DNA of 64,000 nt from contig OZ004614.1 of assembly GCA_963924565.1 (NCBI GenBank), positions 21,824,001 through 21,888,000 of the forward strand, written 5' to 3'. The translations under genes were made by a program, and so were the position numbers. The stretch comes from Ascidiella aspersa (Eukaryota). The notes below the pieces were generated by a model. It saw only the letters and a list, made by a program, of their open reading frames with translations. It was not told where the DNA came from and made no database searches. This document shows, piece by piece, positions 1 through 14,201 of the stretch (position 1 is the stretch's first letter; every line of letters starts with the position of its first letter).

Positions 1-2059
1 TCAGTAAGTTATAACAAGCAATATAAGAAGCAAACCCAGTTTCTGCTGGAACAATCTCAACAGCGGAAATTAACGAAAACTGAAAACTTCTTTAACCTAT
101 CTTGCCGTTAAAAAGTCTGAAAATAAATATGAGTATAATTAGGGAAAGCAATTCCTTTGCAGAAAAACAATCCGAATTCGTCAAAAATCGGCTTTGAAAC
201 ATTATCAAGGTAAAGTTGTTAGATTTATATATATTGGGCATATTGCGGATCGCATTAAATCTCTTAACTATGTTGTATATAACCTACAAATATTAGTGTT
301 ATCAAGAATATACTTGCGCGATGTAAAAACTATTTTACGAATATGGTTGGCATTCGCGCTAATATCGAAGCATTCAAATGAATTATTCATCTCTTTTGCC
401 GCCGAAATTCAATTTCATTTCATCAGCCTGCAAACTTTATCTATTCTTATTTAAATTACATGTAAACTGTCTTGTTCGTTGTCCAACAACTTCTGGTTGG
501 CCTTAAGCCTTGCTCTTGAAGGTTACTAAGGCAACGTCATCTTCGTGATTGGAATTTCCGCTTTTGCTGAGGTCTCCCATATATTATCTTGTCATTATAC
601 GGCAGTCCCTGAATCACGTTACGGGTATGGGCCGCCCAAAACAACACGTGTATTTGCTTGTGCACCTTTCTCCGTTTGAACTCTGAGTAAATATACTGGT
701 CTGCGTTTTTCTTACTGCTGAGATACATGGCGATTGGGTTAAATCTTCTAACATAAAATAATATACAGAGACACTCTCAACTCTCCTCTTGTTTTAATAT
801 GCTTGCGACCTGCCTTAAGGTTGTTACAACCTTACAACACTATTCATTTCTTCTTGTCTGAAAGAACGACTTAATTCGAATAAATGCTGATGTTTTTAAA
901 TAGTTCGGCCACTTTATAGTCAACGCTGCGGGCGTTTGCTAAATTTCTTCTTCTTTTGGAAGCACGAAATGACGACGACACAGTGTCAGAATGATATCCG
1001 GAAAACGAACGCTGTGTCACTTAACGGCCCCATGAGTTCATCGAAAAATAATATAGTGAACCTATAAATTCTGCATAGAGAGTTTTCAGAGAGTCCGCTG
1101 AGCGGATGTCATGTCATAATGCCGTCAGCAAAGTAAATCTACGATTAAATTTATGCGTATATTCGGTTTATTACCCCGCTACGGTCAACACCGACTATCG
1201 ACTTTGCTAATTTTTTTATCTTTATTTAATATTGTTTTACCTATAGATAGACGTATTGAACATACGTAGCAATTATGTGTTAGGTAACTACAATAGCCAA
1301 AAAAAGAGAAAAATGATTTTGATTATTACATACCGTTTTCGTTTGTATATAAGGCTTTAATGAATATTTAGAATGCGATGAGTAGGGCGATTTTTTTTGA
1401 CTTGTCCAAAAAGGCAAACTTTTGTCAAAATTTCCACGTTTGGTCAAAATTTGTCAAAATTATTTCAAATCAAAATTGATTAGAAATACATTTAAATAGT
1501 TTTCAAAATTAAAAAAAAACTATAGTCAACTTTTTGAAATTGTCGTTTAGTTAAAGTTTTATCAGAAAAAACAACAACAACAAAAAACATCTAAAGCGTG
1601 TGATTTCAATTTTTTAGTTCACAATTTTTTATTTTTAGTTCAAAAAATAATCCCCTTGTAATTAAGCTATATATTTTTAATTCTGTTTGTAACATAAATG
1701 TAAACAGGGGCTGTAAATAAAAAAATCAGATATGACGTTGCAAAGCTAGGTCATAACATGACGTCGTGATACAAGTAACCTTAAGAAACTTCCTGTTTAT
1801 TGTTAAGCTCGTGCGCAAATGTGCAATAAAAAAAATCTTATATTATCTTCAAGCATATGTGTCGGCAACCTTTTTGCAATACTAACCGGGTTACAACTAA
1901 AATGTGGTCACAAACCGGCCTTCAAATACCAACAAATGTTCAGTAATAAGAATTCATTACAACGTTGATTCAATGAAAACCTTGAGCTTGTTTGGCTGCA
2001 GAAATTAATAAGACAACAAAGTTACACAGTAAAACCAAAGTCCAAAGAATTAATAAGAA

Positions 2060-2220
2060 AAACAATAACAATTTAAAAGAATGTAACAAGACCAAATCTA
2101 ACAAATTTTATAAGACAAAGAATAATAGTTTTAAAGAATGTAATAAGAAAATTCTAAAGCATTTTATAACACAAACAATAACAATTTAAAGAATGTCATA
2201 ATAAGACAAAATCTAAAAAC
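2060..2220 (+). repeat. Degenerate tandem repeat, about 3 copies of a ~56-bp unit
   Basis: Recurrent AATAACAATTTAAA(A)GAATGT...AAGAC/AAAAATCTAA; explains the low-complexity ORF 1992..2189. Confidence 0.7.
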
Positions 2221-5055
2221 AATATAACACCACAAAGTTACGTCATATAAAAACATAACATAATAGCAATATGAAAAAGAAGAAACGCTTTCGCGCGAAG
2301 TACGAAACAATGCAGTTATTCTGAAAAGATTTACTTTGAATGTAGAAGCTAATTTGTACTACAAGGTGAATGAGTTATTTTGTTTGACATTCTATATTTA
2401 GATTTAAATCAGCAAAAACTTGTATATATGCTTGTCATATAGATTAACGCGAGAATACTCAGACAGTAAAAATAAATCAAATCGAATTGTGGTTTTAGCC
2501 AAACAAGATGTTTGTCAACAATTGTGTCATATTGAAAAAGTACGTTCTAAACCGAAATGCTAACGTAAAAGCTATTTTCATTTCGTGGCTGCAAACGATT
2601 AGCGAGGGCCTTCAACAATTTTCAATGATTGCGAAGATTGCCCAAAGCAATTGAAGATCAAAAATAAATTACCGAGTCTTACATATGAGTAATTGAAATG
2701 CTATCTTTGCAAGGATTTCACAACGTTTCTTCTTTATCATTGGCTAGCCTGATAACACCGAGGCGAAATGGCCACAACTTTAAACCGATTTTGCCCATAA
2801 AAATAGTTAGATTCTGGTGAAAAAATTTTTTTAAATGTAAGTTGGGACCGTCAGCAAATTAACTTGGTTTGTCTATTCCACAGTACGTTTTCGAAAGTCC
2901 GTGCGCACTTATATTAATGTCGAAAATAACAGTTTTAAAAATGTTGACAGCCGAGATGTTTTTTATTTAAATCCGATTTTGTCTAAATCGAATAACCTAC
3001 AGTGTAATCCATTTTAGCTACCGTAAATTAAAACCTTATTCTTTTGTCTGGATTGGAAAATATGTTTTATTAAGGCCTGAATATGTCTTTTCATTTATGA
3101 AGCGGTTTGTTTTTTAATTTTACACTGTAAAATTTCTACAATCTAGCAACCTCGATTTACATTAGTATATTTCAAACTTTCTCGCAACCTTTCAAATCAC
3201 ACTATATGTTTCGTAATATACCGATGTTATACATTGTCGTCGTTTACCTTAGTGACATTTAAGCGTGTCAATGGCGATTAGATTTAAACTGCAAAGCTAT
3301 AGGCTATTTATAATATTTTAAGATTATACCCAACCTCTTCATAAGGTAATACAAGCACAATCCTAAACTGATGTTGTATGGACATTTTGGCTGCTAAATA
3401 TGTTTGCCCATAATTCTAAATAGGCCCTACCTTTATTCCGCAAACAAGAAAAACTCAAACTAACCAGTTTAAGAACTGGTTAATGGCCAGTTGCCGCCAC
3501 AATAAAAGGCACCCGTTGTGTGTACGGGCAGTGCAGACTGGCGACCGTAGCCTAATATGGTTATGCGATTATAACTACATTGCATTAAATTTATCGTAAA
3601 TTATCCTAAATGTATCATTGTGTGGACTATCGCCTATCACTTGATACTAATTTAGCTACCATCATTGTATGTGGCCTTCCATATGTACCCTATATACTCT
3701 GTTTAACACGGGTTTAGATTTGCCTTCCTAATACGTGTGAATAAATTGCTAAGAAACATACTAAATCATGCTCACTTCAGTGATTATTATAACTCCTTAG
3801 ATAAAATTAGCAATATCTTTAAAGTGTTTAAGTGTTTATATAAACAAGGTATTTCCTTGCTCTTTCAAGTAAATGACGAAAATGACTTTTCTGGCGGGAA
3901 AGTCAGTCATTTTATATGATTGTAGGAAAAATATTACATCAGTAAAGAAACTAAAAATTTAATTTTGGCGAAATGTAATTATCGTTACATCGCATAAAAT
4001 GACTGGCTTGATTTGGACAGAATAAGATAAAAATACGTTGTTCTGAAGGTTTTATGTGAACTGTTTTTTTTTACATAATAATATTTGGCTCATTTAAAAG
4101 GTAAGCTACATATTTAACAAATTTTTTATTATGCAACGGCGTTAAGCATTCCTTTCTATTGATCAAGTGTTTGTAAATGGGAGGGCTTTAATAACAGAGA
4201 ACAAATTATTATAGTTCGTCAAAATAATGTGGCTTAACATCAATTTTTTTTGTGTTATCTAGCTTGTCGATAAAAAAATAATTGGAATAATACGGTAAAG
4301 AGGTGTTTCAGTTTATCGCGATTATGTGTCTCAATAAATAAAACATTACAACTATAGAGAAGATGTTTTATTCAACTATTGTGTTATGCTGCACTTTTAG
4401 GTTTTTGTGGTACGTATTTTGATTGTACTTAATACGCAAGCAGAATTGGTTAACGAACCCTTAATAAATGCGTACCATTAATTGTTTTTTACACTACATC
4501 AGTTGGTAGGAGCATGTTACATGTTTTATTAAGAGAAATCCGATGTTTTCTAAAATAAGCTTAAAATGACACCCGGACAGTTATTCAACAAATACAATTT
4601 ATTTTAAATTGTGCGAAAGTTACCAAACACTTATTCAAAAACAACAAAACAATGTTGGACGACAATACAAGCTCGCGTTCTTGCGTGCGGCAAATGCATA
4701 CTAGCCTTATACTTCCTCCATAAAGACGTCGTGACAGTGTTAAAGGATCGTAAGTGACAGACGTCAAAAACTCCGGCGTTGAAATTAAAAGTAACGCTTC
4801 TTGGCAGGCACTACGTGTGATTCAAAGACCGAACGTCGGTTGAGGATGCCATTGCCGACGACGCAGCAAGGCCGTGAAAATTCAGCTTTTTGGCTGCAAG
4901 GCAGATCAGAAGCGAGGGACAGACGCTTCACGATGAGCAGAACGTCCTAAATTCCTTTACACGATAAAGCTTCTGAGAGCTGCAAATATATTTGTCAGCG
5001 CTGGATCGTGATTATGTAATATCAGAAGGCGAGGGTTTTCTCGTGTGTGGTGTTT

Positions 5056-7196
5056 TCAGGCCACAGACGTGTTCATTGTACTGAGTGACATGGCCACTGA
5101 ACTCGTGCTAGGAATGCAGGTGAGACGCAGACGCCGCCGCCAGTCGTGGTAGGCGTAGATAACACACGATGCTCCCACGAAGACGTTGATATCGTATACG
5201 GTGGCCACCCAGATGACGACCTCCCTTTCAAGCAGAAACGATGCAACGATGGCGCCCACGTCTGTGATGATGATAATAGTGAGTGAAATCAGGGTTCGCT
5301 TCATCACCAGGTGGATTTGCTTGCCGGCGCGCATGCGGTTGTCAGTCTTGGGCAGTCTCTTCAGGAAAGGGTAGAGCAGCATGGCGACGAGCGCAGGTTG
5401 AAAAAGCACGGTGAAGATGAGGCCGCTCAGAGCGCGCGTCGACTGTGAAATCGTGCCTTGATCCGCGAAGAGACATCCCCTTGGACTTGGCTCTAAGTAC
5501 GGTCCGATGACACTTAGACACCAGATGATTAGGAAGGTGGTGGCCATGGCTCCCATGAGGACTTTGCTGAGGCGCATTCGCAGCTTGCGTCCGGGCAAAC
5601 TGGCCAGCGCTTTGTTGTCCTGCACCGCATCCTGTCGCAGCCAGAGGATCAGCATGTTGGCGACCAGATTTCCTCCGTAGCCGCACATAAGCATGATGCC
5701 GTACGCCATGCACGCCGGCTGGCTTACGCTGCCCAGGAACAGATCGATTTCGTTAGTGAGAGTCAGGAAGACGGCGCAGCCACAGGAGAAGATGGTCAGG
5801 CGGCTCAACCTAAACGCGAAGAATGCAGTTACACATTTATCAGTGATTAGAAGCTTTTGTCCAGGTAATAGCTACTGTTGTGCGAACAGCTTTGCTAAAA
5901 TAAGCGTGTACCGACTGGGGTATGGAATCAGCACGAATCGCCATTCGGTTGGCCCTGTTTTTGTACATAAAAGCACAACTGTCTATTGTTTGGACGTAAG
6001 CAAATAGAGCATTTGGTTAGTTTCAGAGAACAACCTTTGAAAGTAGGAATTTACAATTACCGCTAAAAATAGGTGCGGTTAATGCAGCGATGCAACCTGA
6101 GATTGTTGTTGTGGTATAATGTTAAATTTTCTTGATCATAAAACGACTAAAAGCACTTAATACAAATATTTATTTCCTAACACTTTACTCGAATTTTAAA
6201 ACTTGTGTTTTACTTCCTATATAGAAATGGGTTACCCAGTACTATCGTGCTATGTACATTTGTTAAAAAGTATCGCGGTCCGGAGCATTATCTAGTTTAC
6301 TTATGCCACATCGATGAATTTACCTCTGAAAACCATAGCTAAAATAACTATATTATTTGGTATCGGAGCGGCACCGATACTACCCTTGATCGGACGACTA
6401 TACCGAATACTTGGATCGTGTATCGGCTCCGATCCGCTATTATCGGACATCCCTATATGCTACACTAAATTGATGTTGTCCAAAGTTGCGATTGCTCGGT
6501 TGCTTCATGACAAACCAGTCGAAAACAAATCGCTTAAGACAAGCTCCACCATTGGTTCCCAAACTTTTTTATTCCGTGGCCCAATTTTTTTTCCAAAACT
6601 GATCGTGGCCCATTGCTTTTTTCCACCTCTATTGATGACTAGTTTATATTGATTAACAAAGGTTTTTTTAATATTACAAGGATTTTATTCGTTGATACCA
6701 CTTGTCTAACAACAATCGGAGCTTTGATAAGTTTCCGATCTGTCGAAGTTAAACAACTCGCACGCGCACAGTTTTCGCAGTCACAAGATATTTTAGATAT
6801 GCATACAACTATATTTTAGTAAGACAAAATGTGTAGTTGTAATGTTTTCATATAGCTCTATGTCCCACTTAAAATAGTCTCATGGCCCACTTGGCCCACA
6901 GTTTAGGAATCGCTGACCTCAGACGAGATCAACACTTACCAGTATTTGCGTCTCTCTCTCTTGGCTCTTCCAGTTTTCACGCGAGCCTTCTGTCGAATGG
7001 TGGTCGAGTCGGAAAAACTTGCGTTGTTGGTGGAAGCCCGGACTTTCTTGGGAGTCTTGCCGAACTCGAACAACAGCAGGCACACCAGCATGTAGACCTC
7101 GATGACCAGCAATACACAGGTGTAGGTTTGGTGAAAGATCCATTGCCAGGAGTCGTACAGCGGCTCTGCACTGACAAACGTTGTCGTGTTGTTCAT
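5056..7196 (-). CDS. Orphan divergent 7TM (GPCR-like) receptor, paralog 1; 2 exons, 336 aa
   Basis: complement(join(5056..5809,6940..7196)). Donor TG|GTAAGT and acceptor TTTAG|G give a phase-2 intron, and the frame closes at 1011 nt. N-terminal sequon MNNTT, seven hydrophobic segments, Cys at the top of TM3 and in ECL2 (PRGC), LWLRQ at the end of TM3, YDIN in TM7 and a DWRRRL helix 8. Confidence 0.88.
6550..6915. mobile_element. Degenerate hAT-type MITE in the intron of receptor 1
   Basis: Ends CATTGGTTCCCAAAC ... GTTTAGGAATCGCTG (imperfect TIR) with GGCCCA subterminal motifs. TSD not preserved. Confidence 0.55.
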
Positions 7197-10100
7197 GTCC
7201 TTGTTTGAATGGAAGTCCCACGTAAAGAAAACGCTCAATCCTCCTTCAGTGAGCTTTCAAGTTGAATTTAAATACAAACAGCTGCGGTCTTTAGCTTTTA
7301 CGTCAGCCTTAGAAAATGCTGCAAAATGTGAAGCGTACGTGTCTTCAAACAAAGGGAAAAGTGTCTAAAAAGAGTTCAAGATCAAACATACGACAAACAT
7401 TCACCAGAATATATGATCAAACCTGTTTCACGAAAAGTTGGTTCACACTAAAAGTCAAAGTCGATTGGTATTGCACACCAAACAAACTAGACTCTTCTAA
7501 TATACATTACACTTTTACTTAAAACTATCCATTTGCTCAGCTCACCGACCTACTGATCAGCCTAATTTGATCTGACACACGACGTTGTTTGAATAAGAGC
7601 CCCGCATTGCATTGCGAACCTGTCAATAGCAGTGCGAGTTAAACATCACCTTATTTCATTACGGTCAATTTTTTGCTGCCTAAGTAAAAATTCTTTCGAC
7701 TCACTTCTGTCGTCATGTAAACACCCTAATGGCTTAATGGTTTAATGGCGAACTGTCGGCATCGTTTACTACAGTTTGTGCGCATCTTAATAGAAACGCA
7801 TTTTCTCCTGTTTCAGTGAGATATTCCTGGAAAATAATTTTATGTGCGCACGTCAGATGTTTTCGAAATCCTACTCTTGTCCGCAGGTGTATAGTATTTT
7901 TAAACGATGTAAGTAAGATGAGAAGTGGCGCATAAACAAAAATATCAGAATCATTTTTTTTCAATTTAAATACTATTATCATTTATTATTCAAACTTTTC
8001 TAATTTTCACAAGTTGTTTAAGATGATATAATCGCTTATGCGCATACAAGAATAAAAAATATAATCGTTGTTAAGTCTTTCTTTTCATTGTAATTTCTTG
8101 CTTTTCACAAGTCCGTCTGAATTGTTCTCACAGTAAATTTTAATTAATTCGTAATGCGTTCTCTATTCCTATTGCGGATTGTATACCATCTCTATAGCGG
8201 TCCAAACCTAATCTCGTTTTCTTTCTGCCGGCTAACAGCCGTTCATTGCGGCTTCTTACAGCTTATTTAGCCCATCACCAGTATAAACACGATTTCGCTT
8301 CTCGCAGGTTTACATCGAGCAAAGCAGCAAGCAGGCCGGCGTCTTAAATGCACTATAGAAAACTGTTTATAACCAGGCATTACTTGTAGTGGCAAGAGTC
8401 GTGCCTTCCGTTACTTCACGCAACCGGACGCTCTCATGGCGTATCATCGAACGATTTTTGCTGACTTTTGCGTCACCCGAAGGTCGGAAATTTCCGCACA
8501 GCATGTAAAAACGGCTGGAGCGACGCTTTTACAGCGATGCGTAAGAGCGGCTTTTCTCATCCGTCGCTGTCTGCATGTCGTCGTCGAAAAAAACCGAGCC
8601 GCCGGTGCCAATTTATTTATCGTTCGTTCATGGACGTGGTCACGCCTCTGCAATTTCATCCGACCGACCGCGCGATGACGAAAAATTTAGTTTATGTCGG
8701 TACTTGAGGCGAAATCGCATTTTCCGCTGGCGGCTGGTTTGCGACGTTCGGCTACTTAAGGTAAATTAAACCCGAGAAGGGGTGTATAGCCTCTGGGTAG
8801 AAACTACAGATAGGAATATGCATCGATAGAATCCGAAAAGCAAAGCAAGTGTTGCACTAAAACTCGTGCACACCGAACACAGGAGCCAGCACTTTAAGTA
8901 AACAATAAATTAAATCCTCGCACAACCTCAAAGAACCAATTTTAAATCCGCTTTAATTGTACTGTAGCAAAAAAAACAAAAGTAACTTCATAAAATGCAA
9001 CCTCGATATTTTAATATATTTAAAACAAACACCGTCTAGCACTATCTTTCAAACATTTAACTAATAAAGCAACAATAATACGAAAAAGTAAATATGTAAA
9101 CTAAAACCCTTATTTGATTACCCTAGCGATGTTTCTAATTATTTCTTATACGTACCGCTGCAATTCGTTACAATTCAAAATTCTAACCAATTTTTTTTAA
9201 ATATATTATTTAGCGACGTTAGAAAACCAAACGCTGTATAACCAATCTTAATCTCGTCGTCATTAACCTTTACCGCCCACAATGCTCTGAACAGCTTTAA
9301 AGATCCCAAGAATGTTGTAGTGCGTACATTGCAGCCAAATTGCCCACGGGCCTCGTCACGACATATCGAAAACGCTCAAACGGGATGACGTCACCATTTA
9401 TAATGATGCCAAATGATTTTTTGGCGCGGTATGGCGGTTTCATACATCCGCCCTTTCTTATAAGGATTGCCAAGTTTGTAAGCAAAATTTTTCAGTTTGA
9501 AAACTGAAACCCGTAAGTATTTAAATATGGCCGAAAATCTATTGCGAAATGGCATTGGCGACATGGTTTTTTCAGCAAAGGTTTCAATTGTCGCGCTGTC
9601 CTGTTTGTTTAAATATTAATAAAATTTTCTATAGTCACACACTACTTAAAAAATATTTTGTTTATTAGCCTAAATTGTTCTCCGCGTATGAACATCACAC
9701 AAAATCACAACAATATTTACTACAAAATCTAAAAACTAGCAGTAGCTATATGTTACCATGAAGTCTATACAAAAATAAACACCTATAAACTTAAAATATT
9801 TTTTTTCTGTTAGCTCGTTCAATGCCTGGCATTTAACAATGTTGTAATCGAGTTATTTATTTGGAAATTACTTAAATCACATTTAAGTCATTAGTAAAAT
9901 AAATCAAGTCTAAGGTCCAAGTCTTTTTAAATAAATAACAAGGCAAGTTCCAGTCAAGTCACAATTATAGCAAGTCAATTCCGAGTCCAGTCCTGGTCAT
10001 TAATTAAACTTTAACTAGCGCTTGGAAGGTTGCCAGGTTAGCCGCGGTCAAAAAAAAAAAAATATATATTTTAATTGTATAAAACATGTTACATATTTTT

Positions 10101-10204
10101 TACTTTTCTATTCGTCTTAGCTTATTGATTCTACAGTAGTTTCAAGCTATGCAACTTTGACTGTAGTGAAAATATGTCAGCAATTCAGGGGAATATATCT
10201 AGAA

Positions 10205-10535
10205 CAGGGGTGGGCAACTTACGGCCCGCGGGCCATATCCGGCCCGCCAACGCAAATCATCCGGCCCACGACCTATTTTAGAAACTGGGCACGGAGCGAT
10301 ATCTCATATTTTCTAGCTATTTCAACTACGGAAAAGCAAATATTTCTATGCGCTTTGCGTTAATCTTATTCTCCCATCGAGTGTAAATTGCAAAATACCC
10401 TAGTTTTATTCCTGATTAACTGACGTTGCGATGACATTAAGATGCGTAAAGTATACATAGCTATCATGTAACGGCCCGCGGAGACCTTTTTTAGTTTGAT
10501 TTTGGCCCGCGACTGGAAAAAGTTGCCCACCCCTG
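10205..10535. mobile_element. hAT-type MITE
   Basis: Perfect 16-bp TIR CAGGGGTGGGCAACTT; TSD ATCTAGAA/ATTTAGAA; GGCCCG subterminal repeats. Confidence 0.9.
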
Positions 10536-11596
10536 ATTTAGAACTATACCCAAAAACTTCGCGCCCGCTTCGCTCGCCAGGTGCTTTATAAATGTCTCTA
10601 GCTGCGCCTTGAAGTAAGAACAAAGGTTAAGTAACACTGCTTGCAAGTATTAATATTAAGTCCGATTGTGAGCAATAAACCAAGAAAGAATAATCCTAAA
10701 CGTAAAATATATATAAAGCAAGCAAATAGTTTGCATAAAACTTAAGATAAAAAATTGCCTAATGCAACTACTTCATTTCAACACAAGTCATTTGTCCAAA
10801 AGTCTGGAGTTAAGTCAAGTGATTTGAAGCTAAATTAAGTCATTACAGCACTGTTAAGATTAAATATTGAATTGATCCATCAATATTAAATTAACCATTC
10901 TAGGTACGGCACTATGCAAACCAAATAGGCCTAAAAATCATTTTCTTAACTATTCTTCACTAAATACAGCAAACAAACAAAAGAGATAAAGGTAAAGAGA
11001 GCGTTAATTTAATTAGGCTTATCTAAATATCTTTAATTCTTTATGTTTTCCTGTCAGTGCGGCAATATGGCTTGTCGTTAACACCCCTTCAGTCCTTCAC
11101 GTTGTCTGTAAAATCCAATGGTCGAATTTGATTGACCTGCTTTTTCTGGGAAGCTTCAATCAACAGTGACACCTGTGAGACAAAATACAGCAAAAAAGGG
11201 TTATTAAAACGTCTTGTTGCGATTTCTATGAAAAGCACACATATACTTGAATTGTGAGCCAATTTGTAACGATCGAACGCAAAATAGGAAACAACCAAAA
11301 TCGAAACATGACCATCGACAGGAAATCAAGACTCGTGACGAGTGCATGAAACAAGAAATGGTTCGTTTAAACTTTAATTGGATATTCGAATTAAATGGTA
11401 ATTCGAATAAGAAGATTAGTTTAACGGTATAGGTGTTACATTGCAGTAAATTTGTAGTTATAGGTATATTGTAAACAGCGTTGCCGTACTTTCCCAATTC
11501 TACAGACATTCATGTTTAACGAAAGCACAATAATATTAAATCAGTAACACACCCATATATATATATGTCGAATTGTCAACGATCGGTCGGTTAAGA

Positions 11597-11854
11597 CAGT
11601 GCTTTTTAAACTTTGTTAAATTTGTTCACCCCTATAGCATCTATCTATCATATTTCATTCAACCTTGTCTCATGATATGATTTTGGAAATTTTCACCTGT
11701 TCACTGAACAGGTTAACACCCAGAATATCCGCCCTGCTCGCAAGCTGTCATCTATTTCTGAAGGTACATCCCTATTCACCCCTTTTGGTTGGTTCACCCC
11801 TGCAAAAATTTTATTCACCCTGGGGTGAAACCTTTACCTGATTAAGAAAAACTG
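11597..11854. mobile_element. hAT-type MITE
   Basis: CAGTGCTTTTTAA ... TTAAGAAAAACTG; perfect TSD GGTTAAGA; TTCACCCC subterminal repeats. Confidence 0.85.
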
Positions 11855-12596
11855 GGTTAAGATATTCGCGCTTCAAGTGATTAGCGGAAGATGTTTATGC
11901 GGCGGTACGGCTAATTCCAAATAGTTATGACATGAGAGAACATAATAGACTAAATAAGACCTTTCTGGGTATAGTACGATTGACGGCTCAAGCAAATATG
12001 TTTATTCGATATGTTTCAGATACACAATGTTTCGGTTACATGAATAAATTGCCACTGCCAGACATTGCATCAATAATAAAATTGTTCTTCCGGCAATATT
12101 TTTATTAAATTTACCAACGTTTTGATAATCTATACTAGAAGTATTCCTCAGTGCAATGATGCTGCAACTATAGGAGAAAAACTGCAAAATATATGTTTAT
12201 CCCAGTTTCAATATTATTGCTCTGATGAAGATTTTCAGTAGAGTTTGAAAAAAAATATTGACGAAAGAACAACTTTGAAAGAAGATTTTGGTTAGTTACA
12301 TGTTAAATTGCCACAATCGTTTTTATATTGCATTCATCTCCTATAACACGCGGCTTCAGCAAACTTACACAAGGATGGGACATTAGAATGTCACAACTTG
12401 ATCGTTTTTATCAACACATGAACTATTCTAGCGTCTTTCACATATATAATTACATAAGTTTAGGCTGATCATTGTGTCCTAAAGAAAGCGCTTTTGGAAG
12501 CTATGCATTACAAACGGGTAAAGTGTTTACCCTACGTTGGGGAAGGGTTCTTTATAGCAGATAACGATTTTGCACTCGAATTGCTTATTTAGAATG

Positions 12597-13010
12597 TTAG
12601 TACGTCAGTTGATTGAATGCCGCTTCCAAAGCTCTTGTTCTACGGCTGGGGCGTAAAAAAGAGCTAGGGAAGATATGCTGATATGCGGAGGATGTACGCG
12701 CTTGCTCCCACGTCGTATCATCCAGCCTTCTAACAAGTGCAGACCGTGATATTAGTTTGCTGCGCATGGTTTTAAGGTATCGGCGTAACGTGAGTGTCCT
12801 GTCCAGATGTACGCCGAGGTTGATAGGCTCGATATTAACGTCCAAGTTCTTTAATTGGGATGGAGAGACAGTTTACGTTTCAGCAACGCCTTCTTTGTTG
12901 TTAAGGTGGACTGCAGCCGGTACCGTTTTTTGATTATCTAAGCTTTAGTCTCACTCCGCGGAGGCCTCGCTGTTTTTGAGTCCTTGTCATCCCACGTAAG
13001 GTTCCTTCAG
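12597..13010 (-). mobile_element. Decayed non-LTR retrotransposon (LINE, Ingi/I-like) reverse-transcriptase C-terminal fragment
   Basis: Minus-strand peptides KTVPAAVHLNNKE and NLGVHLDRTLTLRRYLKTMRSKLISRSALVRRL..TTW resemble the YLGVxLDRTL thumb region of LINE RTs. Frameshifted. Confidence 0.75.
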
Positions 13011-13064
13011 ACATTGAACTATAAGTATCTTATGTTTAGCCAAGGCGCAAATATTCCAATACTT

Positions 13065-13377
13065 CAGTGGTTCTCAACCGGGATGCCGCGTCACCCTGTA
13101 GTGCCCTTTCTAATTGCTCAAGGGCACCGAGCAATATTTGAGAATCTTAAAGAATCTGATTTTCACTCAACTGTTACAACTGTTTGTGTACAATTAGAGT
13201 GGAAAAAATTCAACTTTACTTTCCTATAATACATGGTGTAGAGTTGATGTGTGTTGTTCCAGTTCCGTATATTGTGCCATTATGGTAAATTACTTGACGA
13301 AAATTCTTATAGGGGTGCAGCAATTTATTTATTATTGCTGAGGGGTACCGCAAGCCATAACAGGCTGAGTAACATTG
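13065..13377. mobile_element. hAT-type MITE (older)
   Basis: CAGTGGTTCTCAACC ... GGCTGAGTAACATTG; TSD CAATACTT/CAATATTA. Confidence 0.7.
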
Positions 13378-14201
13378 CAATATTATTATGTACAGGGCTG
13401 GCCGAACCGCTGCTCGCGAGTCTCATGTGGCTCCGTTTTAGTTCAGGTTGTATTAGATTTGCAATTAGTTTCGCTCTTACTTGTTTACTTGTGTTTAACT
13501 TTTCGCGTTTCGAAAAATCTTGTCAGCATAAACACGCCTTGCGTGTTATGGCATATTGCTAACATCTATGGGAGCGAAGAGTTATGTCTCCCTATACCTG
13601 GAATTCTATCTATGCTTAATTTTCATTGCGAAGTCCTGTGTGAATAAAAGTTCACTAAAATTATAGCATATACGCAAGTGTGCAAAATCTATAATCAATC
13701 TATAACTGAGCAAAGGTTTAAGCGTTTCAAGGTGTGGCTCTTTGCAGTTAACCAAGTAAGAAATATGTATCTTGGTCTCTGACTAGTTGTAAAAGCTATA
13801 TTTCAAGTTTAGTTTTTCCACGCTGCTGCTAAACCAATTTATTGGATAAGTGTTTTTGTAGAGTCCATATTGCTTGTGAAAATCTATCACGTAATTTTGC
13901 CAAATTTTGACTTCATTCGGCTTTCAGCGCTTTCAAACTTTAACGCAACACATTTTGTTTGTATTTTTACCTGACTTTTGAACACGACAATTAATATAGG
14001 TGGCTTATGAAACGAAAGTTACAAACTAATAACGTCTTACCCATGACATGACCAGGGGCGGATCCAAGATTTTAGTTTGAAGGAAGGACATGAAAAGCGG
14101 AAGGTCATAAAAAGTTTCAAAGATGACAGGTCAATTATTCTTTCACTACAACTGATACGGCTGCTTAAACAACCCGGATCCATATTATACGCCCTGTACA
14201 G

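Noticed and set aside
300-750. Possible minus-strand exon(s) or 63-aa ORF at the left edge
   Set aside because: Acceptor-like sites and a good ATG context exist, but I could not build a consistent spliced frame or recognise a product.
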